A DNA stretch of 64,000 nt, from NCBI GenBank assembly GCA_949300325.1, contig CASGDQ010000043.1, forward strand, positions 2,221 to 66,220, written 5' to 3'. The translations under genes were made by a program, and so were the position numbers. The stretch comes from an uncultured Spirochaetales bacterium. Its GTDB lineage: Bacteria > Spirochaetota > Spirochaetia > Sphaerochaetales > Sphaerochaetaceae. Positions 8,246-17,931 of the stretch are shown piece after piece. Below the pieces are notes generated by a model. That model was not told the DNA's origin. It worked only from the letters and a program-made list of their open reading frames with translations, and ran no database searches. The stretch's first letter is position 1. Each line of letters opens with the position of its first letter.

Positions 8246-9582
8246 TGGATATACTTATCAGGAATGTCCGTATCATGCAGACGGAACCTCCGTTTGAGGT
8301 CAGCGAGGGCATGGATGTCCTAATAAAGGGCACCGAGATAGCGGAAGTTGGAAAGAATCTGCCTATAGCCGGGTGCAAGGTGATCGAAGGGGAAGGCAAA
8401 ACGCTCATCCCTGGAAACGTATGCTCCCATCACCACTATTATTCCGGCTTGTCACGCGGAATGCTCATCTCCGCGGGACCTCAGACCGATTTTATTCAGG
8501 TCCTGAAGGAATGGTGGTGGCGCCTTGATCGTGGATTGGATGAGGAAGCCTGTTACTATTCCTCCCTCATCTGCAGCATGGATGCGATATTGAGCGGAAC
8601 GACAACCGCAATTGATCATCACGCATCACCTTCTTACATCGAAGGAAGCTTGGATACGATAGCCCGCGGCATGGAGGAAGTCGGAATCCGCGGCGCTACC
8701 TGCTACGAGGTTACCGATCGCAATGAAGGGGAAAAGGAGCTTAGACGGGGTGTAGATGAGAACATTGCCTTTGCCAAAAAAGTGGACTCCAGACTGAAAA
8801 AAGGGGAGGATGTGCTGGTAGAGGCCATGATCGGCGGCCATGCCCCGTTCACCATCCCGGAAAGCGGCATGGAAATGATGAAGGATGCTGTAGATGAAAC
8901 CGGAAGGGGTATGCATTTACATATAGCCGAAGATAAGTATGATGTGGTCCATTCACACCATATTTACAATGAGGATATAATCAGGCGGTTGGACCGCCAT
9001 GGCCTTTTAAGCGGCAAGACGCTTCTTGTCCATGGCATACATATCAGCAGAGAAGAGGTGGATATCCTCAATGAGAGGGGCTGCTTCTTCGCGCATAACC
9101 CGCGAAGCAACATGAACAACCATGTTGGATACAACAGGCATTTGGCCGATATAAAGAAGCTTGTGCTCGGAACCGACGGCTGCGGCGGCAACATGTTCGA
9201 GGAGATAAAGATCGGATTCTTCAAGCATAAGGATGATGGTGGTCCGTGGTGGCCGTCCGATTTCCTTACTGCCCTCAATCGCGGCAACAGCCTGGTCGAG
9301 AGTGTTTTCTCAGGCCGTGGGAAGTGGGGCCGTGTGGAAAAAGGCTGCAAGGCAGACCTCGTGCTTCTTGATTATTATTCTCCGACTCCGCTGGTGAAGG
9401 AAAACGCAGCAACACATTTTGTGTGGGGCATGAGTTCCAATGCGGTCAGGACGGTGATAGTCAATGGAAAAATTGTTCTGGAGGACAGGGTGTTCCCGCA
9501 TCTTGATGCGGATAAGATTTATGCAGAGGCCTCCCGTGTCGCAAAAAGCGTCTGGGAGAAGGTGGATAAAATAAAATCATAG
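8242..9582 (+). CDS. ssnA: SsnA-family aminohydrolase (amidohydrolase superfamily)
   Basis: 446 aa. Metal-binding SHHHYYSGLSRG motif and HIAE / HG..I / GTDG signatures of cytosine/guanine-deaminase-like amidohydrolases. ATGA overlap with ygfK. Confidence 0.8.
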   Translation: MMDILIRNVRIMQTEPPFEVSEGMDVLIKGTEIAEVGKNLPIAGCKVIEGEGKTLIPGNVCSHHHYYSGLSRGMLISAGPQTDFIQVLKEWWWRLDRGLDEEACYYSSLICSMDAILSGTTTAIDHHASPSYIEGSLDTIARGMEEVGIRGATCYEVTDRNEGEKELRRGVDENIAFAKKVDSRLKKGEDVLVEAMIGGHAPFTIPESGMEMMKDAVDETGRGMHLHIAEDKYDVVHSHHIYNEDIIRRLDRHGLLSGKTLLVHGIHISREEVDILNERGCFFAHNPRSNMNNHVGYNRHLADIKKLVLGTDGCGGNMFEEIKIGFFKHKDDGGPWWPSDFLTALNRGNSLVESVFSGRGKWGRVEKGCKADLVLLDYYSPTPLVKENAATHFVWGMSSNAVRTVIVNGKIVLEDRVFPHLDADKIYAEASRVAKSVWEKVDKIKS

Positions 9583-9596
9583 GAGAAGATAGGAGT

Positions 9597-10820
9597 ATGA
9601 GTATCACCAAACAGATTCAGCAGTTGGCGGAGAAGTATCGCGATTACACAGCGGAAAACCTTTCCAAGCTGGTAAAGACGAAGAGCTATTCCTCTAAGGA
9701 AGAGGATGTATGCCGTCTTCTTGTTGAACTTTGCAAGGAAGCGGGATTCGACGACGTCAGGATCGACGGACTTGGATCGGTTATCGGAAGAATTGGAAAC
9801 GGCCCGAAGAAAATCGCATTCGACGCGCATATCGACACCGTCGAGGTCGGAAACATGAAGAACTGGAAGTTTGACCCGTTCTCTGGCGAAATCAAGGATG
9901 GTCTGGTTCTTGGACGCGGCGCGAGCGATCAGAAGGGCGGAGCTGCCTCGATGATTACCGCAGGAAGGATTTTGAAAGAACTCGGATATGGCGGGGAATA
10001 TACGATTTATTTCACATTCACCGTTATGGAAGAGGATTGTGATGGAATGTGCTGGAAATATCTGATCGAGGAAGAGGGATTCAAGCCTGATCTGATCGTT
10101 TCCACAGAGCCTACCAGCTGTAGAATCTATCGTGGCCATAGAGGAAGGATGGAGATCAGGATCATCCTGCGTGGCATATCCTGCCATGGATCTGCTCCAG
10201 AGCGCGGAGTCAGTGCCGCTTACAAGGCCGCACGTGCTGCTCTTGCAATAGAGAAACTCAACCAGGATCTTCAGCCTGATGATGATAATTTCCTTGGCAA
10301 GGGAACCATTACCGTAAGCCAGATGGATGTCAAAGGACCGAGCCAGTGCGCGGTTGCGGATTATGCAATGATCTATTGCGACAGGCGTCTGACATGGGGA
10401 GAGGATGCCGATCTTGCAATTGCTCAGGTCAGAAAATATGTTTCTGAAGCCACAGGTGATGATCCTGATTCGATCATCGTCGAGATGCCTGATTACGAAA
10501 AGGTTGGCTGGACGAATCGTCCTTATTCCCAGGAGCTTTATTTCCCGACATGGAAGATTCCACAGGATCATCCGCTTGTACAGGCTGCGATTGCCGATTA
10601 CAAGGCCCTTTATGCTAAGGATCCAGTGGTCGACAAGTGGACTTTCAGCACAAACTGCGTAGCAACCACTGGAAGACATAAGATTCCTGCTATCGGATTC
10701 GGTCCTGGAGATGAGGCCCAGGCCCATGCTCCGAATGAGATCAACAGGGTTGAGGATCTTGTGATCTGCTCCGGATTCTATGCCTTGCTGCCGTATTCGC
10801 TTGAAAAGAAGATTGATTGA
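9597..10820 (+). CDS. ygeY: YgeY-family M20 peptidase/deacylase ('putative selenium metabolism hydrolase')
   Basis: 407 aa. AHIDTVEVG, GRGASDQKGG and the MEED motif of M20 metallohydrolases. Gene order ssnA-ygeY. Confidence 0.8.
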   Translation: MSITKQIQQLAEKYRDYTAENLSKLVKTKSYSSKEEDVCRLLVELCKEAGFDDVRIDGLGSVIGRIGNGPKKIAFDAHIDTVEVGNMKNWKFDPFSGEIKDGLVLGRGASDQKGGAASMITAGRILKELGYGGEYTIYFTFTVMEEDCDGMCWKYLIEEEGFKPDLIVSTEPTSCRIYRGHRGRMEIRIILRGISCHGSAPERGVSAAYKAARAALAIEKLNQDLQPDDDNFLGKGTITVSQMDVKGPSQCAVADYAMIYCDRRLTWGEDADLAIAQVRKYVSEATGDDPDSIIVEMPDYEKVGWTNRPYSQELYFPTWKIPQDHPLVQAAIADYKALYAKDPVVDKWTFSTNCVATTGRHKIPAIGFGPGDEAQAHAPNEINRVEDLVICSGFYALLPYSLEKKID

Positions 10821-10848
10821 GAACTACGGAAAAGGTCGTCTCATTTCG

Positions 10849-10876
10849 CCCGGCATTTTTTAAGTGCCGGGTTTTT
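10849..10876 (+). terminator. Rho-independent terminator after ygeY
   Basis: cccggca (10849-10855) pairs with tgccggg (10865-10871), followed by a TTTTT run. Confidence 0.75.
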
Positions 10877-10916
10877 ATTTATTGTTTATCTTTTTGCCTT
10901 TTGGTAAGCTTTAGTT

Positions 10917-12143
10917 GTGAATGAACCTGAATGTCGTACAAAAAATGCCAAGGCTGTTGCTTTTCCGCCGGCCATGCGCTTTTTGCTTTTGCCGTTTTAT
11001 GGCAATTATTTGAAATTTAAGTACCATCTGGTGCTCGAGAACCGAGATGAGGTCCTTCCTTTTCAAGGCCCCGCGGTGGTCTTTGCAAACCACGCCCATA
11101 CTCTGGATCCTTTCTTTATTTCCGCCGTCTATCCCTATCATATAAGATGGGTTGCCGGATCCTATCTTTTCAAGATGAGGATGGTCGGCTACCTTTTAAG
11201 AAAATGGGTGGGCTGCATTCCGAAAACCCAGGGCCGCAATGATCTGCAGACCATACGCAATATTTCTGAGGCGCTGAAAAAAGGCGATATAGTCGGAGTT
11301 TTTCCGGAAGGGACAAGAACATGGGATGGGGATATGATGGATATAGCCTCCGGGACTGCCAAGCTCGTGAGATTGTTCAAGGTTCCGGTGGTGTTCATAC
11401 ATATCCGTGGAGGTTTTTCCTCCCGTCCGCGCTGGGCGGCAAGGGAGAGGAAGGGGCCTGTTACTGTCGAGGTTTTCAAGACGTTCACTCCAGAAGAGAT
11501 AAGCTCCATGGACAGGGCTGAGCTGGAAAAAGCCGTCTCGGAGTGCTTGAGCTTCTCGAATGACAGATGGCAGGAGAAAGCTCATGTTCCTTATCGAGGA
11601 AAAAAACGGGCAGAGGGAGTGGAAAGCCTTTTGTATCAGTGTCCGTCATGCAAGGCTTACTCCACCATCAAAGCAGAAGGGGATGTCATATCATGCACGG
11701 CATGTGGCGCTTCTGCGGTATTGGACGATTACGATAGGCTTGTAGACGGCAGGGGAATCGGATTTTCCAAGCTTTCCGAATGGCATGACTTTGAGAAGAA
11801 AAAGCTGGCAAACCTTTTATCTTCTCATAAAAGCGGATTGCTGTTTCCTACAGATCGCGGCATCCTGTTCCAAAAAGGCTCAGCCGGCAGTTTGATCGAC
11901 CTCTCGAAGGCCTTTAGTCTGGAATGCGATGCAAACGGCCTTCATTTTTCCTTTCCAAAGCCTTTATCAGGTTACGGGGATAAAGTCGATTTTGATTTTT
12001 TATCCATTTCCTCCATGGTCATCAATGCAAAACAGACCATTGAATTCTTTTATCAAGGCAATATGTTCCGCTTCCGCCTTAAAAGAGGTTCCAGCCCTTT
12101 GAAGATATGGGAGCTTTATAATCTTGTGCAGGCAAGGGGGTGA
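10917..12143 (+). CDS. PlsC-type acyltransferase with C-terminal zinc-ribbon-containing domain
   Basis: HX4D motif (NHAHTLD) and FPEGTR motif; CPSC...CTAC ribbon. Start is ambiguous between the GTG at 10917 and the ATG at 10974. Confidence 0.6.
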   Translation: MNEPECRTKNAKAVAFPPAMRFLLLPFYGNYLKFKYHLVLENRDEVLPFQGPAVVFANHAHTLDPFFISAVYPYHIRWVAGSYLFKMRMVGYLLRKWVGCIPKTQGRNDLQTIRNISEALKKGDIVGVFPEGTRTWDGDMMDIASGTAKLVRLFKVPVVFIHIRGGFSSRPRWAARERKGPVTVEVFKTFTPEEISSMDRAELEKAVSECLSFSNDRWQEKAHVPYRGKKRAEGVESLLYQCPSCKAYSTIKAEGDVISCTACGASAVLDDYDRLVDGRGIGFSKLSEWHDFEKKKLANLLSSHKSGLLFPTDRGILFQKGSAGSLIDLSKAFSLECDANGLHFSFPKPLSGYGDKVDFDFLSISSMVINAKQTIEFFYQGNMFRFRLKRGSSPLKIWELYNLVQARG

Positions 12144-12147
12144 TGTT

Positions 12148-13557
12148 TTGAATTTCTCTTATATGATCCATTGCGGCATAGTTTCTGCCGCTCTTCTTCT
12201 TGGAGCCTTTTTGAGGGCAAAGGTGCGTATTTTCCAGAAATACCTTATCCCCTCATCGATTCTGGGAGGAATTTTTCTTCTGCTGTTTTATAATTATGTC
12301 TCTCCGCTTTTTAATCTGAGCTCGGATTTCCTGGGGGACCTTGTGTACCATCTGCTGAACATATCGTTCATAGCCATGGCTCTCAGAATCCCTGAGAAGG
12401 TCGAAGGCTCTAAATCGCGCAGAGCGCTAGGTGCGAACGTGATTGCGGTTGTGGCACAGTACGGCCTGCAATGCCTTTTGGCCCTTATTGCGGTCTCTAT
12501 AATGATTGCAACCGTATTTCCCGATCTTTTTCCTGCGATTGCGCTGACGCTTCCTCTTGGGTTTGAGCTGGGCCCAGGTCAGGCCTATTCGATGACGCTG
12601 CCTTGGGAGGCCATGGGCTTTGAGGGCGGCACTTCTGTGGGATTGGCAATGGCCGCAATAGGGTTCATCGTTGGAAGCGTCGGAGGAGTAGCTCTTATAA
12701 ATATCGGTATCCGCCAAGGCTGGGTGAGCGCAGATGATGCGGCAAAACTGGAAAGCGGAGGAGTCCGTTCTGGTTTTCTTCCACGTGCTTTGCAGAAAGA
12801 AGGTGCGAGAAACACAACCGAAGGGGAATCCCTCGACTCCTTCAGCTATCACTTTGCCTTGATATTCTTTACTTATCTTGTAAGCTATGGACTGCTTTCT
12901 TTTATAAGTTTCCTCTTGCATTTTGCAGGGAGCTTGGGCGATGAGCTTGTGCAGAGCCTTTGGGGGATCAATTTCATTTTCAGCATGTTCTGCGCGAATA
13001 TCGTCAGGCTGTTCATGACCAAGATGAACTTGTCCCATACCATCGATAACAAGACATTCAACAGGATCAACGGGGTATCTGTGGATTTCACGGTGATCTC
13101 ATCTCTCGGCTCTATAAGCCTTGCCGCAGTAGCCTCCTATTGGCTTGCTGTGCTTGTGCTTGTGGCAGTTGGAATCTTTATTACCTGCTTCATCTTGCCT
13201 TGGTACTGCTCCCGGCTTTATGATGACCACCAGTTCAAGAGGATGCTGCTTTTGTTCGGAACAGCTACAGGAACGCTTCCGACAGGGCTGTCTCTGCTGC
13301 GTGTCGTTGATCCTGATTTCGAAACTCCTGTCGCCACGGATTATGTTTATGCCTCGGGGGTGGTGTTCTTTTTGGTTATTCCGATAATTTTGTGCGCTAA
13401 TCTGCCTGCGGCAAGTTATGCGCAGTCGAATCCTTTGCTGTATTGGATCATGGTTGCAATCTCGTTTGCATATACTCTGGCGTGCATTGTTTGTTACCGC
13501 ATTTTCTCCGGCAAGAAAGCCTTTGCCAAGCCGAGAACGCTGTTTTATACGGACTAG
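12148..13557 (+). CDS. Sodium/glutamate symporter (GltS/ESS)-family membrane transporter
   Basis: Polytopic membrane protein. N-terminus (IVSAALLLGAFLRAKVRIFQKYLIPSSILGG) and the GTATGTLPTGLS region resemble GltS. Start uncertain: TTG at 12148 after GGGGGTGA, or ATG at 12163. Confidence 0.55.
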   Translation: MNFSYMIHCGIVSAALLLGAFLRAKVRIFQKYLIPSSILGGIFLLLFYNYVSPLFNLSSDFLGDLVYHLLNISFIAMALRIPEKVEGSKSRRALGANVIAVVAQYGLQCLLALIAVSIMIATVFPDLFPAIALTLPLGFELGPGQAYSMTLPWEAMGFEGGTSVGLAMAAIGFIVGSVGGVALINIGIRQGWVSADDAAKLESGGVRSGFLPRALQKEGARNTTEGESLDSFSYHFALIFFTYLVSYGLLSFISFLLHFAGSLGDELVQSLWGINFIFSMFCANIVRLFMTKMNLSHTIDNKTFNRINGVSVDFTVISSLGSISLAAVASYWLAVLVLVAVGIFITCFILPWYCSRLYDDHQFKRMLLLFGTATGTLPTGLSLLRVVDPDFETPVATDYVYASGVVFFLVIPIILCANLPAASYAQSNPLLYWIMVAISFAYTLACIVCYRIFSGKKAFAKPRTLFYTD

Positions 13558-13611
13558 AATCATGGTTTTTCACTTTTTTTAAAAGAAAATTTATTTTTTT
13601 TACTCTTTTTG

Positions 13612-13654
13612 CCACCTGTTTTTATATATACATAAATTTCGCAGGTGGTTTTTC
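13612..13654 (+). terminator. Possible terminator after the GltS-like gene
   Basis: ccacctg (13612-13618) pairs with caggtgg (13642-13648) across a 23-nt AT-rich loop, followed by TTTTT. The large loop makes it weak. Confidence 0.4.
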
Positions 13655-13706
13655 TTTGAATTTTCAAATTGTTGAATACAATGTTTGGGTGTATACTGTT
13701 CTCGGG

Positions 13707-13727
13707 GAATTATTAAGAAGATAATTC
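13707..13727. promoter_or_regulatory. Perfect inverted repeat GAATTAT-N7-ATAATTC upstream of the xdh operon (candidate operator)
   Basis: Read directly. The arms at 13707-13713 and 13721-13727 are exact reverse complements. The repeat lies between a TATACT hexamer (13692-13697) and the SD/ATG at 13764. Confidence 0.5.
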
Positions 13728-13763
13728 TTCATTTTATAAAGAAAAAGATAATGGAGAGCACAA

Positions 13764-15905
13764 ATGGGTGTAACGCACATTGATGACAAGATCAGAAGAA
13801 GCGACGCCATCCAAAAGGCCCGCGGAGAGGCGAAATATGCGTCGGATTATTTCTTCGATGACATGTTGTATGCCAGGATGCTGAGAAGCAGCGTGCCTAG
13901 GGCGGTGATAACGTCCATAACATATCCTCCTCTTCCGGAGGGTTATTATTTCATCAGCGCAAAGGATATTCCCGAGGGGGGAATGAATTCCCTTCATATG
14001 ATAGGAGATGACTGGAGGTGTTTTGCCGATGGAGACGTAAGGTATGTCGGCGAGACGATCGGCCTTTTTGTCGGTCCTTCCAGAGCCGTGCTTGAGAACC
14101 TTGTTGAAAACACCGTGGTTGGCTATGAAGAGAAGGAGCCTGCTGTGACGATCGATGATGCGATAGCAGTCAAGGGCGGGCCGATACTTGAGAACGGAAG
14201 CGATGTGATGTGCCAGCTTTATTGTGAGAAAGGGCGCAGCATGGAAGAGGTTTTCAAGGAAGCCGATGAAATATTCGAGGAGACTTTGGAAACGGGTTTC
14301 CAGGAGCATGTGCACCTTGAAACGAACGGTGCCGTTGTCACAAAAGAAGGAGAGAATTACGTCTTTTATATCTCTGCACAGTGTCCGTTCTATGTAAGGA
14401 AGTCGGTTGCGCAGGTCCTCGGCATACCTTTGGAGCGTGTGGTTGTACGCCAGAGCACCACAGGAGGCGCTTTTGGAGGCAAGGAGCATTTTCCAGATGT
14501 TCTTGCAGGACCGCTGCTTGTGGCAGAGAGCATCATCAACAAGCCGATAAAGCTGATATTCGACAGGAAGGAGGATATGCTTTACTCGGTCAAGAGACAT
14601 CCTTCAAAAACGATATATAAGACGGCGATCAAGGATAAGAAAGTGATAGGCACGCAAGGCTGGGTCTATTACAATTGCGGAGCATACCTATCTGCATCCT
14701 TTGTTGTGCTGCAGCGTGGAGTCTTCCATGCAAATGGAGTTTATGATATTCCGAATACATATGTCGAAGGATTTGGAATGGCCACAAATACGTTCCCTAG
14801 CGATGCGTTCAGAGGCTTCGGAGCACCTCAGACGCTTTATGCGATCGAGATGCATCTCAATCATGTGGCACGCAGGATCGGAGTGGATCCTGTAGAGCTG
14901 AAGAGAAGCATGTTCATCAAGCAGGGCGGAGAGACCATCACCAACGGCCATATAGTTGAGAAAGTCATGCTGGATGAGATGCTTGATACGATTGCAAAGG
15001 CCTCCGATTATTGGAGGAAAAGCAAAGAATACGGGTATGGAAGCGGACGAGGGATCGGCATGAGCTTCTATAATCACGGCGGCGCTTTCACAGGAAATGG
15101 AGAGCAGTCGATAATCAAGGCCCATGCAAGACTGGTCAAGATTGGCGACAAGGTCAAGATCGAGGTCGGGTCCACGGAGATGGGACAAGGGTTCCAAACC
15201 ATTTTGAGAAAGATTGCAGCTGCTGTCCTTGAAATATCGATCGATGATGTGGATTATCCGAATCCGGATACATCGATAGTTCCAGACAGCGGTCCTACCG
15301 CTGCTTCCAGATCGACCATGATAGTCGGAAAGCTTATAGAGCGCTGTGCGCTTGAGATGAAGGAGCGCTGGGACGAAGGTGATTTCTCTGTCGAAAAGGA
15401 ATATGAGCATCCGGATGGACACCCTTGGGACCAGTCGGTTTTCCGTGGGGATGCATATCTCGGCTACGGTTGGGGTGCCTGCTGCGTGGAGCTCGAAGTT
15501 GACAAGCTTACAAACGAGGTGAAGGTGCTTGGCATCTGGTCCAGCCATGAGATAGGAAAGGCTATAGACGAGCTTATCGTCCATGGCCAGATAAACGGAG
15601 GAATCATTCAATCACTTGGATATGCTTCAATGGAGAAGATGGAGAACAAGGGAGGATACTTCCGTCAGGAAAGCATGTCCGACTACGTCGTTCCGACTAG
15701 CATGGACTTCCCAAAACAGGAATACTTCATACAGGAAAACCCATATGAATGGGGACCATTCGGTGCAAAGGGCATGGGAGAGCTTGTTTTCAACGGTGCC
15801 GATGCCGCGTACTGCGATGCGCTTGAGCGCGCATTGGGAGTGGAGACCTACAAGATCCCGCTTCCGCCGGAAGATATCGAGGAGGCTTTGAAGAATGGAC
15901 GCTAA
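13764..15905 (+). CDS. Xanthine dehydrogenase-family molybdopterin-binding large subunit
   Basis: 713 aa with aldehyde oxidase/xanthine dehydrogenase a/b-hammerhead and Mo-binding signatures (GGAFGGKE, FRGFGAPQ, GELV...). SD GGAG lies 7 nt upstream. Confidence 0.85.
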   Translation: MGVTHIDDKIRRSDAIQKARGEAKYASDYFFDDMLYARMLRSSVPRAVITSITYPPLPEGYYFISAKDIPEGGMNSLHMIGDDWRCFADGDVRYVGETIGLFVGPSRAVLENLVENTVVGYEEKEPAVTIDDAIAVKGGPILENGSDVMCQLYCEKGRSMEEVFKEADEIFEETLETGFQEHVHLETNGAVVTKEGENYVFYISAQCPFYVRKSVAQVLGIPLERVVVRQSTTGGAFGGKEHFPDVLAGPLLVAESIINKPIKLIFDRKEDMLYSVKRHPSKTIYKTAIKDKKVIGTQGWVYYNCGAYLSASFVVLQRGVFHANGVYDIPNTYVEGFGMATNTFPSDAFRGFGAPQTLYAIEMHLNHVARRIGVDPVELKRSMFIKQGGETITNGHIVEKVMLDEMLDTIAKASDYWRKSKEYGYGSGRGIGMSFYNHGGAFTGNGEQSIIKAHARLVKIGDKVKIEVGSTEMGQGFQTILRKIAAAVLEISIDDVDYPNPDTSIVPDSGPTAASRSTMIVGKLIERCALEMKERWDEGDFSVEKEYEHPDGHPWDQSVFRGDAYLGYGWGACCVELEVDKLTNEVKVLGIWSSHEIGKAIDELIVHGQINGGIIQSLGYASMEKMENKGGYFRQESMSDYVVPTSMDFPKQEYFIQENPYEWGPFGAKGMGELVFNGADAAYCDALERALGVETYKIPLPPEDIEEALKNGR

Positions 15906-16374
15906 AATCACTTTCAGACTGAACGGAAACCAAGCGGTTTTCGTAGGCAATCCTCTTGCACGCCTTGTCGATGTGCTCAGAGAGGATTATGGCCTGGTTG
16001 GAGTCAAGGAAGGCTGCGGAGAAGGGGAGTGCGGTGCCTGCTCCGTCCTTAAGGATGGCAAGCTTGTCACCAGCTGCATCATCCCCATGGCCAGTGTCGA
16101 CGGCTGTGAAATATACACTATCGAAGGAATAAGGGATACAGACAAGGGACGATGCATAATCGATGCTTTTGCAGATGGAGGAGCTGTGCAGTGCGGCTTC
16201 TGCATTCCAGGCATGGTGCTTGCCTCCTATGCCCTTCTTTCGGAGAATCCTGATCCAAGCGAATCTGATATAAGACTCGCGCTCAGCGGAAATATCTGCC
16301 GTTGTACGGGCTATGATTTGATAATAGAAAGCGTTAAGCTCGCGGCAAAGAGAGGAGGTGGACTATGGCAGTAG
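15895..16374 (+). CDS. Xanthine dehydrogenase-family [2Fe-2S] small subunit
   Basis: 159 aa. Both canonical cysteine sets are present: CGEGECGACSV...SC and QCGFCIPG...CRCTGY. Confidence 0.9.
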   Translation: MDAKITFRLNGNQAVFVGNPLARLVDVLREDYGLVGVKEGCGEGECGACSVLKDGKLVTSCIIPMASVDGCEIYTIEGIRDTDKGRCIIDAFADGGAVQCGFCIPGMVLASYALLSENPDPSESDIRLALSGNICRCTGYDLIIESVKLAAKRGGGLWQ

Positions 16375-17228
16375 AAGCCTGTTACATTCCTAAAACATTG
16401 CAGGAAGCTCTTGAAATAAGAAAGGAAACGGGCGCCAAGCCGCTTGCCGGAGGCACCGATCTCATGGTCCAGGCGGCAAAGGGCACAGGAATTGCCCCTA
16501 CATTCCCATTTCCGGTGATGGTGATTTCAAACATCAAGGAACTTAAAGGGATAAGAGTGGAGGATGGAGAAGTTGTCATAAAGGCGCTTTCAACTCCTGC
16601 AGAGATAGCTTCATGCGATTTTGTCCCTTACCATGTAAGAGCCGCCGCATCCCAGATGGGTGCAGTGGCATTGCGCAACAGCGCAACGATAGGCGGGAAT
16701 ATAGGAAATGCTTCGCCAAAAGGGGATCTTCCCCAGCCCCTCATCTTGTTGGATGCGAAGGTGGAGCTGGCGAGCTTGGAGGGTGTAAGAACAATTCTTC
16801 TTGATGATTTCATCAAAGGAAGCAAAAAGACCGTGCTGCGTGATGATGAGATCATAACAGCGGTAAGGATACCCGAGGTTGCATACACACATCTTTTCTA
16901 TCATAAGATCGGCACTAGGAGAGCAAATGCCATAAGCAAGCTCAGCCTTTCCTGTCTGGCTCTTATAGAAGATGGTGTTGTAAAGGATTTTAGGGCTTCT
17001 ACAGGAGCAGCAGGTCCGAAGGTCAGAAGAAGCCGCGATGCGGAAAAAATCATAATCGGTCTTAAAATCGAGGATATTCCAGATAATATCGGACGTTTTA
17101 CCGATGCATGGAATTCCATATTGAGTCCTCATGCAATGCCCGAATGGAGAAGGGCAAGCACGAGAAGGATGCTTACATATTTTCTGGAGAAGCTTTCTTC
17201 GGGTGCCGAGCCGGGGATCATCGTCTGA
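16365..17228 (+). CDS. Xanthine dehydrogenase-family FAD-binding medium subunit
   Basis: 287 aa with the AGGTDLMVQ and TIGGNIGNASP motifs of the CO dehydrogenase flavoprotein fold. Overlaps the small-subunit stop. Confidence 0.85.
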   Translation: MAVEACYIPKTLQEALEIRKETGAKPLAGGTDLMVQAAKGTGIAPTFPFPVMVISNIKELKGIRVEDGEVVIKALSTPAEIASCDFVPYHVRAAASQMGAVALRNSATIGGNIGNASPKGDLPQPLILLDAKVELASLEGVRTILLDDFIKGSKKTVLRDDEIITAVRIPEVAYTHLFYHKIGTRRANAISKLSLSCLALIEDGVVKDFRASTGAAGPKVRRSRDAEKIIIGLKIEDIPDNIGRFTDAWNSILSPHAMPEWRRASTRRMLTYFLEKLSSGAEPGIIV

Positions 17229-17250
17229 TTTGGATTTGAAAGGAGGTCAT

Positions 17251-17928
17251 GTGAGGGAAATACTGAAACCCGCAACAGCGCAAGATGCTGTGAAAATGGT
17301 TGACAAAGGGGCATATATGCTCGGAGGTACGGAGATTTTGCGGCTGGGCTCCTCTGTGGATGCGGATATTGCAATCATAGATGTGTCGGCTGTCGTTCCT
17401 TCCGGAATATCGGTTTCCTCCAATAAAGTTGAAATCGGAGCTAGCGCAACGTTTTCTGATATTCTTGAAGCCAAAGAGATTCCTTCCTTTTTGAAGGAAG
17501 CGGCATCTGAAATGAAATCGCCGCAGCTTAGGAATGCTGCAACAATAGGCGGAAACATTGCAGCCAAAAGGGATGATTCCTATCTTATTCCTGCTCTTGT
17601 TGCAGCCGATGCTCATCTTGTAGTTGTAAATAAGAAAGGGGAAATCCACGAATGCCCGCTAACAAAGTACATTTTTAAAGATTGTTCATGTCTTATTCTG
17701 AAGGTTGTCTTCAATGCTGATGCTCATGTGTCTGTAAGGAGATTCTCTCTTACTAGCCATTCTCATGCGGTTCTGACATGCGCCTTCGGCAGCAATGAAT
17801 GCTATGCTGTAAAAGGAGGGGGCATCGCCTTATCCATCGAGGATGCGGTTTTTGTCTCCGATATGTACGGTTCTTCGGAATATAAGAGATATCTTGCCGG
17901 TGAGGCAAAGGCCGAAGCGGGGAGGTGA
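17251..17928 (+). CDS. ygfM: YgfM-like FAD-binding subunit (second, shorter flavoprotein paralog)
   Basis: GTG at 17251 lies 4 nt after AGGAGG (17241-17246); the ORF-track start at 17131 overlaps the previous gene. LGGTEIL and TIGGNIAAK motifs. Sits directly before the xdhD-like gene, as in E. coli ygfM-xdhD. Confidence 0.7.
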   Translation: MREILKPATAQDAVKMVDKGAYMLGGTEILRLGSSVDADIAIIDVSAVVPSGISVSSNKVEIGASATFSDILEAKEIPSFLKEAASEMKSPQLRNAATIGGNIAAKRDDSYLIPALVAADAHLVVVNKKGEIHECPLTKYIFKDCSCLILKVVFNADAHVSVRRFSLTSHSHAVLTCAFGSNECYAVKGGGIALSIEDAVFVSDMYGSSEYKRYLAGEAKAEAGR

Positions 17929-17931
17929 TTT

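Noticed and set aside
9519-10727. 402-aa ORF on the minus strand covering almost all of ygeY
   Set aside because: It lies antisense to a gene with clear M20-peptidase motifs. Its translation is low-complexity and Ser/Arg/Leu/Ile-rich with no recognisable motif or SD. This is a typical shadow ORF of a codon-biased gene.
13558-13763. Purine or Moco riboswitch in the 206-nt leader of the xdh operon
   Set aside because: The region is extremely AT-rich and lacks the conserved cores I know for purine or Moco riboswitches. It contains a hairpin with a T-run (the likely terminator of the upstream gene) and a short palindrome instead. An Rfam scan would be the decisive check.
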